In this document: positions 41,197-51,380 of the stretch, piece by piece | Layout: every line of letters begins with the position of its first letter | Numbering within the stretch: position 1 is the first letter of the stretch | Assembly: GCA_963822585.1 (NCBI GenBank) | Contig: CAWGIE010000035.1 | Location: 192,001-256,000, forward strand | DNA: 64,000 bases | Reading direction: 5' to 3' | Source: an uncultured bacterium | Lineage (GTDB): Bacteria; Auribacterota; Erginobacteria; Erginobacterales; Erginobacteraceae | Program-made: the position numbers and the translations under genes | The notes under the pieces: generated by a model | What the model saw: the letters and a program-made list of their open reading frames with translations, nothing else | The model's database searches: none | What the model was told of the DNA's origin: nothing

Positions 41197-42146
41197 ATGA
41201 TCGTATCGACCAAGGAACTTTTCAAACACGCCTACGGCAAGTACGCCCTGGGAGCGTACAATATCAATAACGCCGAACAGATTATGGGGCTCTTCAAGGG
41301 AAATCTGGAAAGCTCCGCGCCGTTTATCATTCAAATCTCCAAAGGCGCCCGGTCTTATACCGACAAGCGGCTGCTCGAGGCCATGATCAGGGCGGCCGAC
41401 GAGATCTTCCCGGACGCGATCTATGCCGTTCATCTGGACCATGGCGATGAGGCCTCCTGCATGGACTGTATCGAGAGCGGCTTTTACAGTTCCGTCATGA
41501 TCGATGCCAGCAGCAAGGACTTCGAAGAAAATGTCGCCATAACCAAGAGAGTGGTGGAAGCGGCCCATGCCAAAGGGATCGCGGTGGAAGCCGAGCTGGG
41601 AACCCTGGGCGGGGTCGAGGAACATGTCGCGGTCGATGAGGGTGAAGCCCATCTCACCGATCCGGCCGAAGCGGCGGAATTCGTCAAGCGAACCGGATGC
41701 GACAGTCTGGCCTGCGCCTTCGGTACCAGTCATGGAGCCTTCAATTTAGCGGATCTCAGGGGCTTCATTTCGAGATTATCAAGGGGATCCGGGATCTTTT
41801 GCCCGGTTTCCCGATCGTGATGCACGGCTCCAGTTCCGTCCCCCAGGATGAAGTCCGCCGGATAACGCCGCCGGGGGAAAGATGAAGGGGGCCAAGGGCG
41901 TGGATGAAGATCAGGATCAGTCAGGCGGCCACGATGGGTGTTACCAAGGTCAATATCGATACCGACGGAAGATTGGTATGGTGCCGGGTCCACCGGGAGA
42001 GTTTCCGGGATGACCCGGAGAATTTCGATCTCCGGCCCCCGGGAAAGATATTCATGGCCGAGTATGCCAAATACATCGCCCACAAGAACAAAGTGCTGGG
42101 CAGCGCCGGGCAGCTGGAAGAGGTGAGGAAGACGTTAAAAGGATAG
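41197..42146 (+). CDS. fba: Class II fructose-1,6-bisphosphate aldolase (frameshifted)
   Basis: VHLDHG, SSVMIDAS, VEAELG, GTSHGA, VMHGSS and KVNIDTD motifs across three frames. Confidence 0.93.
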
Positions 42147-42207
42147 GCGTTGTCTGAGTTTTTCCCACGCAAAGGATAGATAGACTTGTCTTTATAATAT
42201 TTTGCCT

Positions 42208-42355
42208 GAAATTCTAAATCCTAATTTCGAAATCCTAAATAAATCCTAAATCCAAATGACCGAATGTTTTAAATAGGGCAGTTTTGCGTGTTGCTATTTT
42301 GGATTTTTGTCATTTGATATTGTTTAGAATTTGGTGCTTAGATATTAGGATTTTC
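42208..42355. repeat. Family D palindromic element (AAATCCT/AAATYCR heptamers)
   Basis: Homologues at 45830-45985 and 61418-61564. Confidence 0.8.
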
Positions 42356-42384
42356 GGGATCTGTTTTTAGATCCGATTGCTCTA

Positions 42385-42429
42385 CAAAAAAAGCCCCCGG
42401 CTGCGTCGCAGCCGGGGCTTTTTGTTTTT
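42385..42429. terminator. Bidirectional intrinsic terminator
   Basis: aaaaaaagcccccggctgcg-t-cgcagccggggctttttgtttt between convergent genes. Confidence 0.8.
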
Positions 42430-42440
42430 ATAATAACGGG

Positions 42441-43759
42441 TTAAAAAAGGTAGGTGGCATCCAGTCCGACCGCCCAGATATGCTGTTCAAAATTCGCGTC
42501 GTTGGGTGCCGGCTTCCCCAGGCGACCGCGCCCAGAACGTCGAGCGACAGGTTCCGGGCAACCTGAAAGCCGGTACCGAAGGTGACGTTGTTCCGGTCCA
42601 CGTCGGCGATATGGGCCAGGCTGACCGCTTTATTCGGGAGCGGGGATTCGTCGAAGAAGTAGCCGGCCCGGATTGCCCACTTCGGCTTCAGCATGTACTC
42701 CGCCCCGATTCGGTACCGGTTGGAATCGTGCCAGTCTTCGTCGTAAGATGAACTTTGAAGCAGCACGCCGTCCTGGTTGTACTGAACGTTGGTCCAGTAA
42801 ACCGACCAGAGCGACTGCTGGAAATCGGCGGTCAGGGTGAGTTTGTCTTTAATCGGTTTGACCGCGACGCCGATGCCCCAGGTCGGGGGATGACGGAACT
42901 TATAGGTATTGTGGGTGTCTTCGGAGAGACCCATCAGGGTCAGGGTGGCTGGAGGCCTTCCCGGTCATCGTGACCGTGGATCCGGTCCGGTAGACGCCGC
43001 CCAGGCTGATCATGTCCGACACCTGATAGAGGAGGCCGAGCATTTCCTCCGCGCCAAATCCGTCGTCTTTAATGTCGAAGTCGTAGTGGTAATCAAGAAT
43101 TCCCGAATTCTGGACGTCCTTGTCCACATCCCGTTCGAGCCGGTCGTAAATGAGGGCCACTCCGGGCCCGACAAAAAGGCCGGGAACGATCTGTCGGGCG
43201 ATGGTGAACTGAGTCTCGACGATGAGCGAGCTGCTGGAAGTTTTACCGTAGATGATTCCCATCCCGTAAGGCATGGTGTCGTCCCAATCCGAGTAGTATC
43301 CCATCGGTGAATAAACGGCCACCCCCAGGGTAAACTCCGGGAAGGAGAAATAGCATCCGGCACCCTGCGGCTGATAGAAGTGATAATTGGTTGAAGTCTT
43401 ATCGAACTGATACGGCTCCACGCCGCTGTAATTGAGAAAAACGTCCTTGGTGTATTGATAGCGTGCGTAGGTTTGGGGCGAAGGCGGGAGGTTGGCGAAC
43501 GAGTTGCTGCCCCGGATGGTGACGTTCGGAGAGAGGAGGTCAATCCCAACCCCGTTGCCCTCCAGGGCTCGGGCCCTCCGCCCGGGTTCCAGTAACTGGC
43601 CGTCCAGTCGTCTGCCAGTCCGATGAATGCCCCGCCCATGGCGGCGGCCCGGCTTCCCAGGCCTCCCCATTCATACCCGCCCGCATAGAGCGCCGGTGTC
43701 AGCAGGACGGAAACACCGGTCATGAGAACAACCAGACCCCACAATTTCGGTCGGTTCAT
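42441..43759 (-). CDS. OmpP1/FadL-family outer-membrane hydrophobic-compound transporter (frameshifted)
   Basis: Signal peptide, GSRAAAMGGAF..ADDWTASYWNP, WHDSNRYRIGAEY, IRAGYFFDESP and C-terminal TYLF*. Confidence 0.88.
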
Positions 43760-43870
43760 TTCTCCTCCTTCCGGTTGAACCCGATTTATGCGTAAATCGG
43801 GTTAGTTTTGAACACTGACAACGAAGAAAAAAGCATACTAACAAGATCTCCTTTATACGACAAGAATATA

Positions 43871-44722
43871 TTATTCCGCTTTCAGAGAGGGCTCGGACCG
43901 TTCCGTGATCAGATCCGCTTCGATGACGACTTCCGGTGTCCCGGGCCCGCTCTCCGGTCCGGCGTAGCGGATCCAGTGATGAGGCGGTTCGGCGGCAAAC
44001 CACAGGTAGATGGTCGGGGCCGCCAGTTTCCCCAGCCAGGTCATCACCCCCAGATCGGGGACCATCCGCAGCCGGTGGCAGGAGAAGGTGCCCGCCGCGG
44101 TGGTGACATCCTCTTTCCCGTCGTACTCGATCAGAAGGGAATATGCATCGGGTTCGTCGGTGAGGATCTCGCAGGTCATTTCACCGCCCTCCTCTCCCGG
44201 CCGGGGGAAGGGGAACGAGCGCAGCAGCAGCCAGAGTTCCTGGGTATATACCATCCGGGGTTCCAGGGGGAAGCGGTCGGTCCGGATGTCGCCGTCTCCG
44301 GCGGAGACGGTCTGGGTCCGCACCTCTCCCCGGTCGCGGTCAAATGTTATCTCAAGAGTAGTGACAACTTCTTCCGCCTTATTCCGGATAATTTCCCGTG
44401 ACCGGAGAGGCGAGAGTCTTCCTCCGGCGATCGTAAAACGGGACTCGATCAGGCGGCATTCTTTCCGGTTTTCTTCACCGAAGATCCCCTCTTCCCGGTA
44501 GCTGACGGTGTAGCTGTCCGAAGGAGCATTCATCAGCGGCTCCACCCGCCGTTCCCCCTCCCAGCGAATCGCCTGGCTGTCCGCGAGCCGGCAGTGATAC
44601 CGGACCAGTTCCCGGCCGCCGATTTCTATCCGTCCGATTTCATCGGCTCCAGATGTCGGAGGCGCCGTGATGATTGAGAAAAAGATAATAACCGGCAGAA
44701 CCGGGCCAACAAAACTTTTCAT
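43871..44722 (-). CDS. Secreted DUF3108-like protein
   Basis: Signal peptide; GKEDVTTAAGTFSCHRL and IYLWF motifs. Confidence 0.7.
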   Translation of the reverse strand: MKSFVGPVLPVIIFFSIITAPPTSGADEIGRIEIGGRELVRYHCRLADSQAIRWEGERRVEPLMNAPSDSYTVSYREEGIFGEENRKECRLIESRFTIAGGRLSPLRSREIIRNKAEEVVTTLEITFDRDRGEVRTQTVSAGDGDIRTDRFPLEPRMVYTQELWLLLRSFPFPRPGEEGGEMTCEILTDEPDAYSLLIEYDGKEDVTTAAGTFSCHRLRMVPDLGVMTWLGKLAAPTIYLWFAAEPPHHWIRYAGPESGPGTPEVVIEADLITERSEPSLKAE

Positions 44723-44793
44723 CTTTGTTTTTACTTGGTGTCTTAGTGTCTTGGTGGCAGAATTTATCAAGTAAGTTACTCTATCAATATGGC

Positions 44794-45789
44794 ATGAACG
44801 AAAAAAGAAAAATGATCGCGGTGACCGGCGCCTCCGGTCACCTGGGGGGAAACCTGGTCCGGGCCCTGCTGGACCGGGGAGAACGCGTCCGGGTCCTGGT
44901 TTACCGGGACGTAAGGGCGCTTGAGGGCCTCGACCTGGATATCGTGCGCGGTGATATTCTGGATCCCGATTCTCTCCGCCGGGGGTTTGCCGGGGTAAAG
45001 CTGGTCTATCACGCCGCGGCCCGGATCTCGATCACGGGGGACCGGACCGGCCTAATGCGCCGGACCAACGTCGAAGGGACCCGCAACGTGGTGGAGGCAT
45101 GCCTCAGTTCGGGGGTGGAGCGGCTGATTCATTTCAGCTCCATTCACGCCCACTCCCCGCATCCGGCGGACGGTACCGTGGACGAGGCCCGGGCCCTGGC
45201 CCTGGATGAAGACGTCCCGGTTTACGATCGATCGAAGGCGCGGGGGGAGATGGAGATCGCCCGGGGGATACAAGACGGTCTCGACGCCGTCATTATCAAT
45301 CCCACCGGCGTGATCGGCCCCCACGATTACAAGCCGTCGCGGATGGGACAGGTCCTGCTGGATATCTGCCGCCGGAAACTCCCGGCCCTGATCGCGGGAG
45401 GTTATAACTGGGTCGACGTCCGCGATGTGGTGAGCATGGCCCTGGTTGCGGCAGCTCACGGCCGGTCCGGGGAGAAGTATCTGGCCTCGGGAGAATGGGT
45501 GAGTATCAAGGATATCGCCCTGCTGGCGGCCCAGGCCGCCGGCTGTTCGGTTCCCCGGCTGGTTACCCCGATGTGGATGGGGAGGGTGTCGGCGCCGGTG
45601 ATTGCCGGCTGGGCCCGGCTGACGGGGACCAGGCCCCTCTTTACTCCGGAAGCGCTCCACGCGCTCCGTCACCATCGCCGCGTTTCCCACCGGAAAGCCG
45701 CCGCCGAACTGGGGTATCGTCCCCGGCCGATCGAGGAGACGGTGGGGGATACGGTGGAATGGTTCAGGGAGAATGGGAGATTAGAGTAG
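44794..45789 (+). CDS. NAD-dependent epimerase/dehydratase (HpnA/dihydroflavonol reductase-like)
   Basis: VTGASGHLG, YHAAA, NVEGTRNV, YDRSK and NPTGVIGP motifs. Confidence 0.9.
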   Translation: MNEKRKMIAVTGASGHLGGNLVRALLDRGERVRVLVYRDVRALEGLDLDIVRGDILDPDSLRRGFAGVKLVYHAAARISITGDRTGLMRRTNVEGTRNVVEACLSSGVERLIHFSSIHAHSPHPADGTVDEARALALDEDVPVYDRSKARGEMEIARGIQDGLDAVIINPTGVIGPHDYKPSRMGQVLLDICRRKLPALIAGGYNWVDVRDVVSMALVAAAHGRSGEKYLASGEWVSIKDIALLAAQAAGCSVPRLVTPMWMGRVSAPVIAGWARLTGTRPLFTPEALHALRHHRRVSHRKAAAELGYRPRPIEETVGDTVEWFRENGRLE

Positions 45790-45829
45790 TGTTTTGACCT
45801 GATATTCTGATCGAGCGGTATCCTTGCGG

Positions 45830-46013
45830 AAAATCCTAAATCCGAATATCGAAATCCTAAATAAATTCAAAATCCAAAGGACCAAATGCTCAAAACACCT
45901 GTGTCGACCCCGGCATTTTTGTTTGGGATTTATGATTTTGGTTATTTGATATTATTTAGAATTTCGTGCTTGGAAATTAGGATTTCAGAGCTTATGAGTT
46001 TTCGAATAAGCTC
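45830..46013. repeat. Family D element
   Basis: aaatcctaaatccgaatatcgaaatcctaaa ... ttaggattt, ending ttttcgaataagctc. Confidence 0.75.
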
Positions 46014-46016
46014 GCA

Positions 46017-47216
46017 CTATTCCTTCACCCGGTATTCCTTCCCGGTCCAGAAGATGCCGCGTCCTTCCTCCAGGTAGATCCGCCCCTTCCACTTGATCCC
46101 CTTGCCGGCGATTCTCCGGTAGAGCATGTTGCCGGCGATGGCAACCAGCATCACGGCCGCCGCCGGATGGGTGAGAGCCCACCACCCTTTCACCCCGAGC
46201 AGCCGGTTGATCCGGAACCGGATGAAGACGATCAAAATCGCGGAGAATGCCAGAAGCCCGGCCGAATAGGGATATCGTCCCCTGAAGAAAGGGAAGAGAA
46301 AAGGGAGGAGATTGAAGCCGAGGGCATAGAGGATTTCAGCGGGGACGATCAGGATGTTGTTATTGGCCCCGCTCAGCAGGTAGCGGCTCCATCCTTCGAA
46401 ACTCTCCCGGAACCCCCGGTACATCCGGACCTGGAGGGTCCGGGTGGCGATGACCAGGTGAGCGTTCAGGCCGAGGGCTTTCGCCTGTTCCATGAAAGCG
46501 ACATCGTCGGGGATGGTGTTGTGGACGCTGGCCCATCTCCCGATCGTCTCGTAGGCATCCCGCCGGACCAGAAAGAAGGTGCCGCTGGCCCCGGCCCGCC
46601 GGCAGGTCGATCTGTTCAGAGATCGGGGAGGGAAGTAGTCCCAGAAGAGCCAGAAGATAAACGGCTGGAGAGTGTTCTCCCAGAAGCCCCGGCAGATCTG
46701 CCCGGGGAGGACGGTCAATACCGCGGCCCGGTTCCGGAGACAGTAAGCAAGCGCCGAGCGTAGATGGGCGGGATGGTGACGGGTGTCGGCGTCGGTGAAG
46801 ACCAGCCACTCACCCCGCGATTCCGTGACCCCTTTTTCCTTGGCATAAACAGGGCCGCTCCAGTCGGGAGGCGGATTCTCCGTATTTTTGATCAGGCGAA
46901 TCCGGGGATCCGCGTCCCCCAGTCCCCGCACGATCTCCGCTGTTTTGTCCCGGGAGCGGTCGTCGACGACGATCATCTCCCAGTTGGGATAGGTCTGTTT
47001 CTGGAACGAACGGATGCAGTCTGCGATATTCCGCTCCTCATCCCGGACCGCGATCACGATCGAGACCAGCGGTGATTCGGGGGTTTGCTCGGGAGCGGTC
47101 CCCAGGAAGGGGTCGACCCGGAAGCGATAAAAGAGGAGGATAAATTTGAAGAGCCAGTAAACGGCCAGGATCGCGCTGACTCCAAATACGACCCCTTCCT
47201 GTAAGAGGATATGCAT
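46017..47216 (-). CDS. GT2 membrane glycosyltransferase (HpnB/CrtQ-like)
   Basis: VSIVIAVRDEE, VVDDRSRD, FTDADT, IPDDV, VRMY and C-terminal WKGR motifs. Confidence 0.88.
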   Translation of the reverse strand: MHILLQEGVVFGVSAILAVYWLFKFILLFYRFRVDPFLGTAPEQTPESPLVSIVIAVRDEERNIADCIRSFQKQTYPNWEMIVVDDRSRDKTAEIVRGLGDADPRIRLIKNTENPPPDWSGPVYAKEKGVTESRGEWLVFTDADTRHHPAHLRSALAYCLRNRAAVLTVLPGQICRGFWENTLQPFIFWLFWDYFPPRSLNRSTCRRAGASGTFFLVRRDAYETIGRWASVHNTIPDDVAFMEQAKALGLNAHLVIATRTLQVRMYRGFRESFEGWSRYLLSGANNNILIVPAEILYALGFNLLPFLFPFFRGRYPYSAGLLAFSAILIVFIRFRINRLLGVKGWWALTHPAAAVMLVAIAGNMLYRRIAGKGIKWKGRIYLEEGRGIFWTGKEYRVKE

Positions 47217-47224
47217 GAAATTAA

Positions 47225-47466
47225 TTAGCTCTCTGCGATCGCCAATAGATATGTAAAATTATCTTTCATTCCGTGAAGGACTAACAGGAGACGGCGTATG
47301 TGTCATATTTCCTTGCCGGCGGCCCGGCTTGTTTTATGGCAAGCGAAGCGATCCTACAATTCCTGCAAAGAATGCCGAAGGCATTCTGATCCTACAAGCC
47401 CGGAAGCGAAGCGAAAGGGCGATACTACACTTCCAAATTCCTTTTTTGAAATCCCGAAGCAGCAGC
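47225..47466. repeat. Family F element inside shared outer ends
   Basis: ttagctctctgcgatcgc ... cgatactacac ... ttgaaatcccgaagcagcag. Confidence 0.65.
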
Positions 47467-47623
47467 CCCGTATTGTATCACGTTCCTCCGATCTCACAAT
47501 TGTAATCAGTGTTCATGTAATCAGGGTTCATATTTTTATTCACCGGTATATCCCCATCTGTTACAGTGCCCCTGCTCAGCGAGCTTCGGCACGATCATCC
47601 GATCATTCACCCGGATCGCGCCG

Positions 47624-50386
47624 GTGATCCGAGGGGAGATCGGATCTCCGGCAACAGAAACCACTGCACACCAATCCGGAACGGCTCCATTGATACAGGA
47701 CAGAATTCTTCAGTTCATCTACAACCTGGGACTCCGTCACGGGCGGGCGGTTATCCTGGCCATGGGGGTGATAACGCTTTTCTTCGCCGCATTCATCCCC
47801 CGGTTGACGATCTCGTCCTCCTATAATGAGCTGGTTTCCCCGGAAGAGCCCGAACAGGCCCGTTTTCTATCTTTTTTGGAAGAATTCGGCGCCGCCGGCG
47901 AACTGGTGGTTGTCCTGGAAGGAGATCCCGCGACACTTGTCTCCCGCGCCGATCTCTTCGCCGCCGCGATCAAGAGCGAGAAAAAATATGTCCAATCGGT
48001 TTTTTACCAGATCGAACTCGACGACCTGCTGAAACGGGCACCCTATTTTTTCCCGGAGGAGATGCTGGCGGATGGGCTGAAAGAAATTGACGACTACCGG
48101 CCCCTGATCGACGAGATCTCCCGGGTGAAAAGTCTCCCCTCCCTGTTGAGCCTGATCAACCGGGGACTTGCCGGCGAGATCCCCGGCATGGATGACCCGG
48201 GGATCGCCGCGACCGGGTTGACGATCCCGCGTCTGCTTTTCCGGGAATGGCGCCGATTTCTGGAAGACCCCTCCCGGGAAGATATCGATTATAGCTCGAT
48301 TCTGCGGGGGGGGAAGATCGCAGGGACGGAGATGATCGAATCCGGCGGTTACCTCCGTTCCCACGACGGCCGGTTGCTCTTTCTTTTTGTTCGTCCGGCC
48401 TCCCTTTCGGATGATATCACCTTTCTGGAACCGTTTGTCGGGTCCGTGAGACAGGCCTGTGACCGGGTGCTGGAAGAGAACCCCGCGCTGAAAGGCAAAG
48501 TCGCCGTGGCCTTCACCGGCATGCCGGCCCACGCCCTGACCGAAGTGCATGCCATCAACTCCGACGTGGCCCGGTCGACCGCCATCTCGGTGCTCCTGGT
48601 GATCGCGGTCCTCATCTTCGGTTTCCGCTCGCTGAAAAAGATCCTCCTGGCGGTCATCCCCCTGGGCTGCGGGATGATCATCACCGTCCGGGCGATCTCG
48701 CTGACCATCGGCCACCTGAACCTGGTCAGCTCGTCTTTCCTGGCGGTCCTTTTCGGTATCGGGATCGATTTCGGCATCTATTTGATCCGGCGGACAGCCG
48801 AAGAGAGGGACCGGGGCAAGACGGAAGAAGAGGCGGTACGGATCGCGGTTACCGCCTCCGGGCGTTCCGTTCTGACCGGCGGTCTCACGACCGGCCTGGC
48901 CTTCCTGGCCGTCGGCTGGACCGACTTCGTCGGCTTCTCCGAGCTCGGCCTGACCGCCGGGATGGGCGTGCTCATCGTGCTTTTTTCCACCCTGCTCCTG
49001 CTGCCCGCGCTCTTGCTGGCCACCCGGATCCGGCCCGCTCATTATTCTCTGCGGCGGGCGCTGAAAGCAACCGCCCGTAAACGGGAACGTCTCTTTTTGA
49101 CGCTGGTCGTGCTGGCGGCCGGGGCCGGCTGCGTTTTCGGAGTCTTCGCCGCTACCCGCCTGCATTTTGATTTCAACGCCCTGAAGCTGCTTCCTCCCGG
49201 GGCCGAGTCCACCATTTACCAGATCCGGATGCAGGAGGAGAGCGATTTCCAGATGACCTGCGCGGCGGTCACGGCCCCGGATCTCGCCCTGCTTCAGCGG
49301 CAGGTGGAACGCATCCGGGCACTCCCCACGGTCAGCCGGGTCGAATCGCTGGGCGACCTGATACCGGAAAAGCCGGCCGAGAAACAGCGGCTGATCGCCG
49401 CCTATCGCCCCTTTTTAGCCCGGGTCGAGATCGAGTTGGGCGCCCCCGCCGCGCCGCTCGGGACCTACCGTTCCCAACTTGACGCTCTCCGCGCCGGTTT
49501 GGAAAGCGTCCAGGAGGCCGCCTTCTCCGGCGGCCGCCCCGACCTGGTATCCGCCGCCGAAGAGGATCTGAGCGAGCTTGATTCCCTGCGCAACGATCTC
49601 GACTCCGGCCAGGGAACCCGGGCGGCGGAACGTTCCCGGGCATTTGAAGAAGCGCTCTTCCAGGGGTTGAAAAAGCTCTCGACTCTCCTGCGGATATGGC
49701 TGGAAGAACCCCCGCCAACCGTTGACTCCCTCCCCCCGGAACTGGTAAGACGCTTTAAAAGCCCCCGGGGAAATTATGTCGCCTATGTCTTTCCCAGCGG
49801 TTCGATCTGGGATGTGGATTTTCTCGATCGTTTCGTTTCCGGCCTCAAGGAGATCGCCCCCGGGGCGACCGGTTTCCCGGTGACCCACCAGCTGACCTCC
49901 CGGGTCATGGTGAAAAGTCTGCTGCGGGCTCTTCTCTACGCTTTCGGCATTATCGTGATCATGCTCCTGATCGATTTTAAGCGTCCGGGCCCGGTGTTGC
50001 TCTCCCTGATACCGTTGGCGGTAGGCATGCTCTGGGTCCAGGGCGCGATGTATATCCTGGGCCGGAACTACGATTTCGCCTCGATGCCGGGGCTTCCTCT
50101 CCTGCTTGGCCTGGGGATCGTCTACGGCATCCATATCGTCCGCCGCTGGATGGAGCATCCGGAGATCACCGCTTTTGCCGCCACCGTGACCTCGGGGCGC
50201 GGGGTCGCCTTCGCCGCGCTGACCACCATGGCCAGCCTCTTCAGCCTGATTTTTTCCCGTCATCAGGGTGTGGCGTCCTTCGGGATCATCATCCTGATCG
50301 GGATCGTGGCCACGCTGGTGGCCGCTCTTTACGTTTTGCCGGCGGTGATTGACCTGCTACACTATAAGAAAATACATCATCCTTAA
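47624..50386 (+). CDS. MMPL/RND lipid transporter, HpnN-like
   Basis: LFGIGIDFGIY, TDFVGFSELG, LPPELVRRF, GATGFPV and LLLGLGIVYGIH motifs; two-repeat RND topology. Confidence 0.9.
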   Translation: MIRGEIGSPATETTAHQSGTAPLIQDRILQFIYNLGLRHGRAVILAMGVITLFFAAFIPRLTISSSYNELVSPEEPEQARFLSFLEEFGAAGELVVVLEGDPATLVSRADLFAAAIKSEKKYVQSVFYQIELDDLLKRAPYFFPEEMLADGLKEIDDYRPLIDEISRVKSLPSLLSLINRGLAGEIPGMDDPGIAATGLTIPRLLFREWRRFLEDPSREDIDYSSILRGGKIAGTEMIESGGYLRSHDGRLLFLFVRPASLSDDITFLEPFVGSVRQACDRVLEENPALKGKVAVAFTGMPAHALTEVHAINSDVARSTAISVLLVIAVLIFGFRSLKKILLAVIPLGCGMIITVRAISLTIGHLNLVSSSFLAVLFGIGIDFGIYLIRRTAEERDRGKTEEEAVRIAVTASGRSVLTGGLTTGLAFLAVGWTDFVGFSELGLTAGMGVLIVLFSTLLLLPALLLATRIRPAHYSLRRALKATARKRERLFLTLVVLAAGAGCVFGVFAATRLHFDFNALKLLPPGAESTIYQIRMQEESDFQMTCAAVTAPDLALLQRQVERIRALPTVSRVESLGDLIPEKPAEKQRLIAAYRPFLARVEIELGAPAAPLGTYRSQLDALRAGLESVQEAAFSGGRPDLVSAAEEDLSELDSLRNDLDSGQGTRAAERSRAFEEALFQGLKKLSTLLRIWLEEPPPTVDSLPPELVRRFKSPRGNYVAYVFPSGSIWDVDFLDRFVSGLKEIAPGATGFPVTHQLTSRVMVKSLLRALLYAFGIIVIMLLIDFKRPGPVLLSLIPLAVGMLWVQGAMYILGRNYDFASMPGLPLLLGLGIVYGIHIVRRWMEHPEITAFAATVTSGRGVAFAALTTMASLFSLIFSRHQGVASFGIIILIGIVATLVAALYVLPAVIDLLHYKKIHHP

Positions 50387-50434
50387 CCTGGATTATTCAT
50401 GAAAATTGAAAATTTTCATGAATAATCCAGGTTA
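50384..50434. repeat. Perfect 24-bp inverted repeat with a 3-nt loop
   Basis: taacctggattattcatgaaaatt-gaa-aattttcatgaataatccaggtta. Confidence 0.9.
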
Positions 50435-50528
50435 CTAATTGTTGTTCAATGTATTATGAATAGCAATCTTGTTTATACGGCGACAGCACTCTGCTTTTTC
50501 TTCTCCAAAACGGCAACATGAAAACATC

Positions 50529-51380
50529 ATGAAATATGTATATGCCGGCATTATTTTAGGAGTTCTTACGGCATTTATTTCTTCCTCTTCCGCGATCGCG
50601 GAAGAGGAAGAAATAAATGTGGTCATCATCTTCCCCGGAGGCCCCCCCCGGGAAAAGGTGGAGAAATACACCGATGAATTCACGGGCATCATCGCCGGGC
50701 ATATGTCGCTCTCCCCGGGGGACGTCAAAGGACATTACTTCACCGATTACCCGGCCGCCCTGGCTTTCCTGCAGGAAAACCCGGACGCTTTTATCATCAG
50801 CTCTCTCGGTTTTTTTCTCTCCCGGCGAAAAGCTCTTTCTCTCGTCCCCCTGGCGTCGGTCGAGATGACGGAGAATGCCGGAAACCGGTATTACCTGGTG
50901 GCAAAGAAGGGAACCGTCACCTCGCTGGAAGAGATGAAGGGGAAGACCATCGCCGGGAGCGCCCTCTACGAAGACCCGGACTTCCTGAAAAAGGTCGTTT
51001 TCGCGGGGAGGCTCGATCCCCTCTCCGACCTGGCCCTGGAGCCGACTTCCCGGCCTCTCTCCGCGATCAGGAAGGCGGCCCGGGGGGAACTGGGCGGCGT
51101 GCTCCTGGACGATGTCCAGTACCACAGCCTCCAGGCGCTGCCCCTCTTCACGGAACTGGCCGTCGTCTACGAATCTCCCCCGCTCCCCCCGCTCGGTCTG
51201 ATGATGACCGATACCCCGGCCGACAGAAACCGGGAAGAGAAATTGCTCGAATCCCTGACTACCCTGGGGGAGACCGACGCGGGAGCGGCGGCCTTCCGGT
51301 CGTTCGGCCTGAAGGGATTCTCGCGGATCGATCCGAGTTCCCTGGATGAAGTGATCCGGAAATATGAAGGAAGCGAATAA
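50529..51380 (+). CDS. PhnD/SsuA-like periplasmic substrate-binding protein
   Basis: Signal peptide; YYLVAKKG..SLEEMKGKTIAG and VYESPPLP motifs. Confidence 0.7.
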   Translation: MKYVYAGIILGVLTAFISSSSAIAEEEEINVVIIFPGGPPREKVEKYTDEFTGIIAGHMSLSPGDVKGHYFTDYPAALAFLQENPDAFIISSLGFFLSRRKALSLVPLASVEMTENAGNRYYLVAKKGTVTSLEEMKGKTIAGSALYEDPDFLKKVVFAGRLDPLSDLALEPTSRPLSAIRKAARGELGGVLLDDVQYHSLQALPLFTELAVVYESPPLPPLGLMMTDTPADRNREEKLLESLTTLGETDAGAAAFRSFGLKGFSRIDPSSLDEVIRKYEGSE

